From an uncultured Verrucomicrobiae bacterium (lineage in GTDB: Bacteria; Verrucomicrobiota; Verrucomicrobiia; Chthoniobacterales; UBA10450), in assembly GCA_963726745.1 (NCBI GenBank), contig CAVSDR010000002.1, positions 288,001 to 352,000 of the forward strand: a DNA stretch of 64,000 bases, written 5' to 3'. The position numbers and the translations under genes were made by a program. The notes below the pieces were generated by a model. That model did not search any database, had not been told where the DNA came from, and was given only the letters and a program-made list of their open reading frames with translations. The first letter of the stretch is position 1. Every line of letters starts with the position of its first letter. Shown in pieces: positions 19,511-30,082 of the stretch.

Positions 19511-20599
19511 CTAGAATCCGATCGCGCGCAGGACAGCCGCTTCCTCGGCGGCTACGGGCGGCGCCGCGGCGCAACGGATCGCCTCCGGATCCTTCAGGCC
19601 GTGCCCGGTGACCGTGCAGACGATCCGGCTCCCCTCCCCGATTTGGCCTAACGAGTAAACCGGCGCGCGCGCCGGGTCGCAGCATTTCAAGAGTCCGGCA
19701 ATCGAAGCCGCGCTCGCCGGCTCCACGAAAATTCCCTCTGCGCTTGCCAGCCAGGCCTGCGCCTCCAGAATTTCCGCGTCGCTCACGATATCGATCGCGC
19801 CCTGCGAATCCCGCAGCGCCTCCTTCGCCTGCTCCCAGCTCGCGGGATGGCCAATGCGGATCGCGGTCGCGAGCGTCTCCGGTTTGTCGATCACGCGGTC
19901 GTGAAAAATCGGCGCCGAACCGGCCGCCTGGAAACCGAGCATCACCGGCCGCCTGGTCGCGCGGCCGAGCTCAGCAAACTCGCGATAGCCCGCCCAATAC
20001 GCCGTGATGTTGCCCGCGTTGCCCACCGGCAGCAGGTGAAACTCCGGCGCGTCGCCGAGCTCTTCCACAATCTCGAAAGCCGCGCTCTTTTGCCCGGCGA
20101 TCCGGTCGGGGTTGATGGAATTGACAATCGCAAATTCCGGCCGCTTCCCGAGTTCGCGCACGATGCGCAAAGCGTCGTCAAAGTTCCCCTCGATCGCCAC
20201 CACCTTCGCGCCGTAGGCGAAGGCCTGGACCATCTTCCCGCTGGCGATTTTGCCGGCCGGCAAAATCACCGCGCAACGAATCCCCGCGCGCGCGGCATAC
20301 GCCGCCGCGGAAGCGGAAGTGTTCCCGGTCGAGGCGCAAACGACCGCCTCGGTCCCCTGCTCGACCGCTCGCGAGACGGCCACGGTCATTCCGCGATCCT
20401 TGAACGAGCACGTCGGGTTGAGCCCTTCGTATTTCACGAAGACCTCGCAGCCGCGTCCGACTTTAGCCGACAACTTGGGGCACGGGATCAACGGCGTGTC
20501 CCCTTCGCCTAACGAGACGATCGGCGTCCGCTCCGTCACTGGGAGATGCGGGCGCCAGCGCGCGATCACTCCGCGGGCGGGTTCGGGGGTCGGCTGCAT
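19511..20599 (-). CDS. thrC: Threonine synthase
   Basis: NPTCSFKDRG, CASTGNTSAS, PVGNAGN, TGHGLKDP. Confidence 0.95.
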   Translation of the reverse strand: MQPTPEPARGVIARWRPHLPVTERTPIVSLGEGDTPLIPCPKLSAKVGRGCEVFVKYEGLNPTCSFKDRGMTVAVSRAVEQGTEAVVCASTGNTSASAAAYAARAGIRCAVILPAGKIASGKMVQAFAYGAKVVAIEGNFDDALRIVRELGKRPEFAIVNSINPDRIAGQKSAAFEIVEELGDAPEFHLLPVGNAGNITAYWAGYREFAELGRATRRPVMLGFQAAGSAPIFHDRVIDKPETLATAIRIGHPASWEQAKEALRDSQGAIDIVSDAEILEAQAWLASAEGIFVEPASAASIAGLLKCCDPARAPVYSLGQIGEGSRIVCTVTGHGLKDPEAIRCAAAPPVAAEEAAVLRAIGF

Positions 20600-20699
20600 G
20601 CGCGGGCATTATACAGAGAATGCCTGCGCTGCCAGTTGAGAGTTGCGCGGGCTGCGGCGAGAATCCCGCCTGCGGCCGACCACGCCCGCCTTTCATCTT

Positions 20700-23600
20700 A
20701 TGCCTACGCTCTCCAAGGAAGACAAACTGCGCCTCCTCACCATCCTGCTCGAAAGCCGCCACGGCGACCTGCGCGAACAAAATTTGAATCGCCAGGGCAA
20801 GGGGCATTTCCACGTTTCCGGGATGGGCCACGAAGGCCTGGCCGCGCTCGGCGTGGCCATGACCGAAGGCGATTACGTCTGTCCCTACTACCGCGATCGC
20901 GGTCTGGTCCTCGGTCGCGGAGTCGCCTCCGCGCAGCTTGCGCTCGATTATTTCGCGAAGCGCAAAGGCCAAAGCCACGGCCGCCAGATGCCGTCGCATT
21001 ACAGCTACGCCGACCGCGGGATCTGGAGCGTCCCCACGCCGACCGGCGCGCAATTGCTCCCTGCCTGTGGCATCGCCTGGGGCATTCAGTTGGATAAAAA
21101 ACCGAACGTGGTCGTGACCACCATCGGTGACGCGGCTACGCGCCAGGGCGATTTCTACGAGGCGGTCTGCTTCGCCAAGGAGCGCAAGCTCCCGGTGCTT
21201 TTCGTGGTCGAGGATAACAAATACGGCATCAGCAGCCCCACGCGCAAAATCACTCCGCGCGCGCTCGACGTCCTCCAGCCGACCGATTGGCAGGAAGTGG
21301 ACGGGAGCGACGTGCAGAAAATCTACGACGCCGGCGTGGCCGCCTTTGAGAAGATGCGCACCGGCGGCGGGCCGTCGTTTTTCTGGGTGCAGATGGAGCG
21401 GCTCTCCAGCCACACCAGCTCGGATGATCACAAGCTCTACCGCAGCGCCGAGGAAATCGCCGCGCTCGAGAAGGGCGACCCGCTGCGCGCCTGGAGCGAG
21501 CGCCTAATTGCCGAAGGCGTGATCTCGCAGGCTGATTACGAGGCGCTCGACAAGGAGATCAAGGAGCGCGTGCGCAAGGAATTCAACGAAGCCGAGCGCG
21601 CCGAGGATCCGCGGGCGGACGAGCTCGAGCTGCAGGTCACCGGCGAGCTTCCCGACCTCGACGAGGAGGTTTTGCCGCCCGGCAAATACCGCATCGGCGA
21701 CACGGTCAATCGCACCCTTCATCGCGGCCTCACGAGCAGCAAAGACCGGATCATTTTCGGCGAGGACGTGGAGGACCCGAAGGGCGGCGTCTTCCGTCTG
21801 ACCCAGAAGTTGTCGACTGAATTTCCCGCGCAGGTCTTCAACTCCCCGCTGGCCGAGTCGACCATCGTCGGCGTTGCCTGCGGCCTCGCTTCCTACGGCA
21901 AGCGCCCGGTCTTCGAGCTGCAGTTCATCGACTTTATCGGGCCGGCCTGGAACCAGGTGGTGACCAATCTCTCCAATCTCCGTTGGCGCTCCTTCGGCAC
22001 CTGGAAATGCCCGCTCGTGATCTACGCTCCCTACGGCGCCTACCTCCCCGGCGGAAGCCTATGGCACAGCCAGGCGAACGAGGCCGCGCTCGCGCATTTC
22101 CCGGGGATCAACGTCGCCATCCCGAGCACGCCCGAGGACGCCGCCGGCCTCCTTTGGACCGCGATGCATTGCGAAGATCCGACCTTTGTTCTCATCCCGA
22201 AGCATCTCCTTTGGGCGGAACACGAATCCACCGAGCCCGTCCGCAGCGTCCCGCTCGGGGTTGCGCGCAAGCGGCACGCCGGCTCCGAAGTCACCCTCGT
22301 CGCCTGGGGCAACACGGTCGAGAAATCGCTCGAGGCGCTCGAGCAGATCGGGCACGACGTGAGCATCGACTTGTTAGACCTGCGCTCGATCGTTCCGTGG
22401 GATCGCGCTGCCGTCGAGGAATCCGTCCGCCGCACCGGCCGCCTCGTGGTCGTGCAGGAAGACAGCGAAAATTGCAGCGTCGGCCAGATGATCATCTCGC
22501 ACATCGCGGCGCAGCCGGAGATCTGGAATGAACTCGTTAGTCCGCCGATTTTAGTCAGCAAGAAGAACGTTATGATCGGCTACAACCCGATCTATGAATA
22601 CGCCGCCCTGCCCGACGTGGAGCGCATCGTCGCCGCGATCCGCCGCGCCATGGCGACCAAGTCCGAGCGTGCCGCGTTGGCCGCCGCGCCGCTCGCATCC
22701 GATGCCGTCGCCGTCGAAGCGAAAACCGCCGCTGCTTCCCCGGCCCCGCGCAAAACAGCCGGCAACACCACCCACAAAATCGTCGTCCCGATCATGGGCG
22801 AAGGCATCCGCAACGCCAAGGTCGTGACCTTGCTGAAGCAGCCCGGCGATTCGATCGAGCTCGACGATCCGCTCTGCGAAGTCGAAACCGACAAGGCGGT
22901 TTACCCGATCGAGTCCTCCTTCGCCGGGACCATGGGCGAGTGGAACACCGAAGTCGGCGCGACCGTCGATATCGGCGAGGAAATAGGCAGCATTCTCGGG
23001 AGCGGCGACTCGTTAGCCGACCAGATGGAGGCCGCCGCCGAAGTCTCGAGCAACGGCCACGCCGAGGTCGCGCCGGTTAAGCGCACGCCTTCCCGCCAGC
23101 CCGCCGCGATCGAGCCCGCGCTTTCGCCCACGATTGTTCGACGCCTCGGCCGCGTGGTCCCGGCAAATTTGCAGATCGACGCCCGCTGGGATGCGATCAG
23201 CGCCGCGCGCCAGGCCGCGAAAAAAGCCGACGCCAAGAGCGCGGCCACGCCCTCGGTCATGCTCGCCTGGGCGGTCGTGCGCGCGATGGAGAAACATGCG
23301 CCCTTCCGCCGCGTGATGCTCGAGGACGACAGCATCGTCGAGCACGCGGAATTCGATCTCGGCATTGCGGTTTCGCTGGAAAACGATCGCCTCGCCACCG
23401 CGGTGATCTCGAAGGCGAACCAGCTCGACTGGCCCGACTTCGTTCAGCGCTACAACGAGACCGTAAACGAAACCCGTGGCGGCCGCGTCGATGCGGTCAA
23501 CGCCCCGCTCGTGATCAGCAGCCTTGGCGCCTTTGGCGTGCGCGCGGCCGCGCCGATCGTGGTCCCGCCCTCGGTCGGCACGCTCTTCGTCGGCTCGGCC

Positions 23601-23766
23601 CACCAGGAGCTTTCCGGCGACGGGAAAAAGGACGGCCGCACGGAAGTGATCACGCTCTCGCTCACCTTCGACCACCGGGTGGTCAACGGCGCCGGCGCGG
23701 CCAACTTCGTGCACGACGATCAAGCAGGAGATCGAGAAGTTCGAGCTCCCGACCGTCGCCGCCTAA
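20700..23766 (+). CDS. Fused 2-oxoacid dehydrogenase E1alpha-E1beta-lipoyl-E2 (about 1020 aa); terminal frameshift near 23717
   Basis: GDAATRQGDFYEA...EDN ThDP motif, HTSSDD, FGEDV..GGVF, NSPLAES, VETDKA lipoyl site, LTFDHRVVNG. Confidence 0.9.
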
Positions 23767-23786
23767 CGAGCAGCTTTCAGCTTTCC

Positions 23787-23945
23787 CTATTCGGCCTTGG
23801 GCGGAGCGTGCTCTTCGCTCTTGCTCAATTTGTCGCCTGCTTCCTGCGGAACCGAGGGCCGATTCGTCGGGCTGATGAATTCCTCCTGCGGCGCGTCGGT
23901 CGTGGCTGCGGTGACGTGTTTCTCGTCGTCTTTGTGGTCGCTCAT
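23787..23945 (-). CDS. Small acidic hypothetical protein (52 aa)
   Basis: MSDHKDDEKHVTAATTDAPQEEFISPTNRPSVPQEAGDKLSKSEEHAPPKAE; fills the gap once the upstream frameshift is corrected. Confidence 0.5.
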   Translation of the reverse strand: MSDHKDDEKHVTAATTDAPQEEFISPTNRPSVPQEAGDKLSKSEEHAPPKAE

Positions 23946-23978
23946 GCCCTTGAATCGTTTCCCGCCGGCGCTCCGGGT

Positions 23979-24655
23979 CTAGACTTCGGAAGTCCAGCTC
24001 TTCGAGAGTCGCGCGCCGGGCACCTGCGGGAGGATGTTGTAGTGCGAGGTGTCGTTAAAGAGCGTCAGCCGCGCGCGCGACGGATCCTTGAAATCGACGA
24101 TCGTGAGCGAGGCCGGCTCGAGGTCGAGATTGTCGCGGTAACGCCGCGGATCGAAGCCCAACAAAGTGCTGACTAAAAGCCGGATGGTCGCCTTGTGCGA
24201 GACCACCGCGACCACTTCCCCCGGATGCGCACGCACGATCTCGAGCAACACCGGGAGCGCCCGGGCGGTGACCGCGAGCCCGCTTTCACCGCCGGCCGGG
24301 CGCGAAGGAAAAGGGGTCGCGCTCCCATTCCGCCGTCTCTTCCGGGAAACGTTCCTCCACCTCCTGCCGGGTGAGCTGCTCCCAGCGGCCATGAGAAATT
24401 TCTCGCAAGCCGTCGCGCAACTGCACTTCCAAACCATGCGGCTGGGCGACGATCTGCGCGGTCTCGACTGCACGACCAAGCCCCGAGGCATAGACCGCCG
24501 CGAGCCGCGTTCCCTTCAGGCGCTCCGCCAGCGCCCGCGCCTGGGTCGCGGCCGAGCTCGGCCAGCGCGACGTCGGTTGCGCCCGCGAAACGGTCCTCCG
24601 CGCTCAGCACCGTGGCGCCATGGCGGATGAGGAAGATGCGTGTAGCCGCACTCAT
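23979..24655 (-). CDS. Histidine phosphatase (phosphoglycerate mutase) family protein, several frameshifts
   Basis: IFLIRHG start, AGGESG, VVSHKATIR, LFNDTSH. Confidence 0.82.
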
Positions 24656-25826
24656 TGCTTGGTCGTTGGCAAACTCCGCGGCGGCGCGACCGGCGCGCGT
24701 CCCCGTGGCGAAACAGCCTTGAAGAAGATAACCGCCGGTCGGCGCTTCCCAATCAATCATCTCGCCGGCTACGAAAACGCCGGGGAGTTTTGCGAGCATG
24801 AGGTTGCTGTCTAATTCCGCCCAGCGCACTCCGCCGGCGGAGGAAATCGCTTCCGCGATCGGTCGAGGTTTCGTTAGGCGAAGCGGGAAATCCTTGATCC
24901 GCGCGAGCAGTTTCTCGCGGTCGGCCAACTCGTCGGCAAAATAAGTTTCCAGCAACGCTGTCGCTGCCGGACTCATCTTCAAGGCCACCGGCCAAGGCTC
25001 CGAGCGCGTTGTCAGTCGCTCACGCAGCGCTTCCGAGGACAGTTGCGGTTTCAGGTCAAGCCGCAGCTCCGGTTGCGCCATCGCGCGCAAGATGGGCGTG
25101 AGCCGGTAGACCGCGCCGCCTTCGATCCCGTAGCGCGTGATCAGGAGCTCGCCGGAAATCGAATCGTCGCCGGCTTTCACCAGCAGATTCTTTAATGGCA
25201 TCCCTTCGGCGCGCGCCCGCAACGCTTCCGGCCAATCGATTTCCCAGCCGCAATTCGTCGGCTCAAGCGGTGCGATCTCGATGCCTAATTTCTCCAGGAG
25301 CGCGGTCCACGCGCCATCCGAACCGGTCTCCGGCCAGGAAGCGCCGCCGAGCGCCAGCACCACGGCGCGGGCCACGACTTCCGCGCCATTGGCAAAGCGC
25401 ACCCGCCATTCCTCCCCCGCCCGCTCGAGGCCTGCGAGCTGCATCCCGGTGCGAAATTCCACCCCGCGTTCACGCAACCGCTGGGTCCACGCGCGCAAGC
25501 AGGCCGGCGGCTTTCTGCCCTTCCGGAAAAACGCGTCCGCTGGTGCCGACATACGTGGCCACGCCCAGCTCTGCCGCCCAGGCGCGCAATTCATCGGGAC
25601 CAAACTCCGCGAGGAGATCGCGCCAGCGCTCGGCTTCCGCGCCGTAACGGGCGGGGAAATTCTCCACCGGCTCGCTGTGGGTCATGTTCAAACCGCCACG
25701 CCCGGCGACGAGGATCTTTTTCCCGACCGCGCTCTCCTTCTCACAAAGGATCACCGTCGCGCCGCCGGCGCCGGCCACCTCGGCCGCGCGCAAACCGGCC
25801 GGTCCGCCGCCAACGATGACCACCGG
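24656..25826 (-). CDS. HI0933/BaiN-family NAD(P)/FAD-dependent flavoprotein, frameshift near 25500-25540
   Basis: VGGGPAG, AGRGGLNMT, GTSGRVFP, LALGGASWP, AISSAGGV, GEMIDWEAPTGGYLLQ. Confidence 0.88.
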
Positions 25827-25828
25827 GC

Positions 25829-25993
25829 GGTCAGGTTCAAGCCGCCACGACCAGCAACGAGGAGCTTTTTCCCAACCGCGGATTGCCCTTCGCAGAGAAG
25901 AATATTCGCCCCCGCCGCCCGCGCCACCTCCGCCGCACGCAGCCCCGACGGGCCGCCGCCGACCACAATCAGAGAAGGACCATGCGCTGACAT
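25829..25993 (-). pseudogene. Diverged second copy of the flavoprotein 5' end (about 55 codons)
   Basis: MSAHGPSLIVVGGGPSGLRAAEV...AGRGGLNLT directly upstream of the homologous VVIVGGGPAGLRAAEV...AGRGGLNMT. Confidence 0.75.
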
Positions 25994-26259
25994 GGCGAGC
26001 ACTCTAAACCAAAACGCATTGACCTCGGATGGATTTTCTCTACACCGGGCGCGTCGATTGGCTGCTTCACGGGCGGCATGGGAGGCAGTTCGTCGTCTCT
26101 ATGATCGCGCCCCCTCTGCTGCATCGGCTCTCCGCAAATTTTCGCGAACTCCGAGGGCGGATTTCCGTAGAACATGGTGCAGCAGCCGCGCGCTCGCCCC
26201 ACCTGCCACCGCCCCGGACCTTTCCGATGACCAACCCCCGACTCAGACCATCCCCTCCA

Positions 26260-29200
26260 CCATGCACCCCAAAACTTCTCCCGCGTTCGTGCTTCCGCGC
26301 ACGATGGTTGGCACGCTCGGGGGTTCCGGCACCGTGGGTGCCAGCGGGCTGTTGCTCTGGACCGGCGGCACGATGAGCGGGAGCGGAGTGACCAACGCGA
26401 ACGGCGGCATGACGATCAACAGCAGCGGAGCCAATTTGTTTCTGGACAGCCGCACGCTCAATAATGCCGCCGGGCAAACCGCCACCTGGACGGGGGACGC
26501 CAATTTCGGCGGCGACATCCGCTTTCAAAACGGCGCGACTTCAACAACAACGGCACTTTCCTGGCCCAGAGCGACCAATACCTCTACGACTTTTCGGGCA
26601 CCGGAGCGTTCAACAACGCCGGCACCTTTACCCGCAACAACAACCCGGGCACGCTCACCCTCTACAACCTCGCTTTCAACAACACCGGCACAGTGAATGT
26701 CCAGACTGGCACGCTCGCTTTGCAGGGCGGCGACGGCGGCAACACCACCGGCGCTTTCAACATCAGCTCAGGAGCTGTCCTCAACTTCGCCAGCGACTTT
26801 ACCCTCGCCGCGGCCTCCGCCGTCAGCGGCGCCGGTGGGATAAACTTTTCCAATGGCACGACCAATATTGCAGGCACCTACAACGTAACCGGCACGAGTA
26901 GCTTCTCAGGCGCGACGGTCAACTTTAACAGCGCCATCAGCAGCCTCGGGACTGGTCCGCTCAATATCAGCAGCGGAGCGGTTAACTTTAATTCCAACAA
27001 CATCACCGTCGCGGCCATCAACCTCTCCGGCGGAACGCTCGGCGGGACTGTGGCGAGTGTGACCGCCAGCGGCCTCTTGAGCTGGACCGGCGGCACGATG
27101 AGCGGGAGCGGAGTGACCAACGCGAACGGCGGCATGACGATCAACAGCAGCGGAGCGAATTTGTTTCTGGACAGCCGCACGCTCAACAATGCGGCGGACA
27201 AACCGCGACCTGGACGGGGGACGCCAATTTCGGCGGCGACATCCGCTTTCAAAACGGCGCGATCTTCAACAACAACGGCACTTTCCTGGCCCAGAGCGAC
27301 CAATACCTCTACGACTTTTCGGGCACCGGAGCGTTCAACAACGCCGGCACCTTTACCCGCAACAACAACCCGGGCACGCTCACCCTCTACAACCTCGCTT
27401 TCAACAACACCGGCACAGTGAATGTCCAGACCGGCACCCTCGATCTGCAGTCTGCGAATGTAACTCAATATGCCGGGTACGCGCTCACAGCCGGCGTTTG
27501 GTCCATTAGCGCGGGCGCGCAGCTTAAACTCCCTGCGACCGGCAGTGGCGTGGTCACGAATCAAGCGGACGTGACCCTGAGTGGGAGCGGGAGCGCGCTC
27601 ATGGCGGGGTCACCCAGCGCCACGCTGGAGGGCACGATTGCGAGCAGCAGCGGCGCGCTCCGTATCCTCGCCAATCGCAGTTTCACCGCCGCCAATGATT
27701 TCAGTACAAGCGGCGTGGTCAGCTCGGCGGCGGCACCCTTGACGCGACCAGTCTGGCGGTGGCCGCCTCCGGTGAACTCTTCGGATTTGGGACGGTCGCA
27801 ATCCGGCCGACCAACTCTGGTCTGATCCGTTCCGCTGGCGGGACGCTGGCGTTTTCCAATGGCATCCTGGGAGGAAGTGGCACGGTGCAAATCGACGCGG
27901 CAAGCACGGTGAACTTGAGCAGCGGCGCGGCCGCTGGAAGTAACGCGGACTTTCTCGTGCACAACGGAACGACGGCGGGCAGCTTAAACTTGGGTAGTAA
28001 GACTTTTACTGCCGCGGTCGACTATACCAATGCGGGCTTCGGCACCGGCAACACTTTCGATCCGCGCGCCAGAGTCACTGGGACCGGGGGAATTTTAGCC
28101 TCGGGCGGCACCGGCCAGACGGTCTCGGGAACCGGGATCACTGGTGGCACCTCGGCGACTCCGGCGCTCGCTTTCGGCAAGGTGCATGTGGGCAGCACGA
28201 ATACCCTCAACTATCAGATCAACAATACCGGTGCCAGCGGATCGAAGTTGCGCGGCGCCATCCAGACAACCGTCAATGGGGGCAATATCACCGATGCCCG
28301 TTTGAGTGGCGCGGGGGTGACTCCGGCGAATTTCGGCCCGGTCTCGCCGGCCGCGAACACCGGAAATCTGGCCGGTCGTCTTCACCCCAGGAAGTGCTGG
28401 CGCGCTGACTTCGCAGACGGTTCGCCTCATGAATAATTTCGACAACGTAACCAATCAAACCCTCTCCATGACTGGTTCGGCCTATCGCTATGGCGACGGC
28501 TAGCGCACACGCCCCGGAGCCGATGCCATTTCGGCAAATTTTCATGTCGGCGACACCGTGCCCCTGCAAGGCCTTGACCATGAGCGAACACGGCGGCGAA
28601 CGACGGATTTTTCGGAAGCGCTTGAATGCCAGCATTGGCAGCCCGACTGGCGGCAGTGACGACCAACGGCGGCTCGTTCACGCTCCTCGGGTCCTGGCGC
28701 TTCCAACAACGGCACCCTCGCGGTCGGCTTGAGCACCGCCTCTGCCGGTTCGAAGAACGGCACGGCCACGATCAGCCTAACGAGTGATGGCACCGGGAGC
28801 AGCGGTCTGGGCACGACAGCGCTGGCCGCACAGACGGTCAATGTCACCGGGAGTGTCTATCGCCTCGCGCAGGCTTCGCTCCCGGGCGGGACGACGATCG
28901 ACTTCGGCACCGTCCATCTGGGCGAAAGTCAGCAGCGCACCGCCTCAGTCAGCAATGCGGCGGCGGCCGATGGCTTCTCGGAAACGCTCGACGGCAACTT
29001 CTCCGGGTCCACCGGCAGCGTGTCCACCGCGGGTTCATTCGTCGGGCTCGCCGCCGGGAGTTCCAGCAATGCGCCGGTGGTCACGCTGGACACCGCCACG
29101 ACCGGCGCCAAGACGGGAACGGCCACGCTTGCCTTCACTTCCAACGGCGCCGGGACCAGCGGCCTCGCCAGCACCACTTTGGCTTCGCAAACGCTGAACC

Positions 29201-29817
29201 TTTCCGGCCAGGTGAATAATTTCGCCGCCCCCCAGTTCCTCTTCGATTCCGGCGCGGCCACCTTGAGCGGCAGCGGGACGGCTTACACCCTGGAGTTTGG
29301 CCGCCGCACCATCGGCGAGACGCTGCCCTCGGCTGTGGTGAAAGTCCGCAACAACGCCGCGGCGCCTTCCGACACGCTGGCGGGGTCGTTCACTCTGACC
29401 GCACCGCATTTTAATCTCGCGGGCTTCAGCAGCTTTGCCGGGATCGCCGCCGGCCAGGATTTGGCCAACCTGAGCACGACCCTGCAGACGGCGGCGCTGG
29501 GTGATTTCTCCGAGACGATCACCCTTAATCCGCGGAGCCAAAATGGCAGCGGCTACGACGGCGCGCTCCCGAGCGTCATCCTGACCTTGCACGGAGTGGT
29601 CGCGCTGCCGCCAGCGCTGAAGATCAAATTGAGCGGGAGCAACGTCATCCTCTCCTGGCCTCTGGCGGAGCAGAGCTGGACGCTCAAGCGCACGACCGAT
29701 GTGCGTGGCACCGCTTGGAGCACGGTCGCGCAATCGATCATCGATACCGCCCAGGAACACACCGTGACCTTAGCGCGCGCAACGGAGCCGGGGCTTTTCT
29801 TCCGGCTGGAAAAATAG
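26260..29817 (+). CDS. Large Gly/Thr/Asn/Ser-rich surface protein (beta-helix repeats plus Ig-like choice-of-anchor-D-type domains), many frameshifts
   Basis: Continuous adhesin-like reading across frames; FGKVHVG, FGTVHLG and DGFSE Ig repeats; C-terminal LSWP...W...FFRLEK. Confidence 0.78.
26357..27441 (+). repeat. Near-identical direct repeat of about 360 bp (26357-26716 and 27082-27441), period about 725-726 nt
   Basis: Both copies begin CTGGACCGGCGGCACGATGAGCGGGAGCGGAGTGACC and end CAGTGAATGTCCAGAC. Confidence 0.92.
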
Positions 29818-30026
29818 CTAAGCGGCGTTTTGATGCCGCAGGCGCGGAAGGCGCACCAGCCGCGGAGCGCCTCGAAGAGGGTGAAAACTCCCGACAAGAT
29901 CAAGACCACGCTCAGCCAGCGGACATCATTCCAGAGAAACCACGCGCCGAGAAAAAACGTCACCGCGAGGGTTGCGCGCATGGCGCGGCCGGCGCCGTTG
30001 ATGTTGGGAGCGAGGGAGCTTTTCAT
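29818..30026 (-). CDS. DUF2892/YgaP-like small membrane protein; stop probably lost to an indel
   Basis: NINGAGRAMR, two TM helices, GWCAFRACGIKT. Confidence 0.7.
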
Positions 30027-30082
30027 CGCGAGGGATACGACCGCGAAGATGAAATCGATGCCGCCTTGAGGCAAGCTCCGGT

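Noticed and set aside
23717..24176. Roughly 150-aa C-terminal extension of the dehydrogenase ORF
   Set aside because: It is read-through after an indel and overlaps two minus-strand genes; the natural end IKQEIEKFELPTVAA* is at 23766.
24173..25603. In-frame flavoprotein-histidine phosphatase fusion
   Set aside because: The junction has an ATGA typical of overlapping stop/start and sits in an indel-dense stretch, so it cannot be supported without reads.
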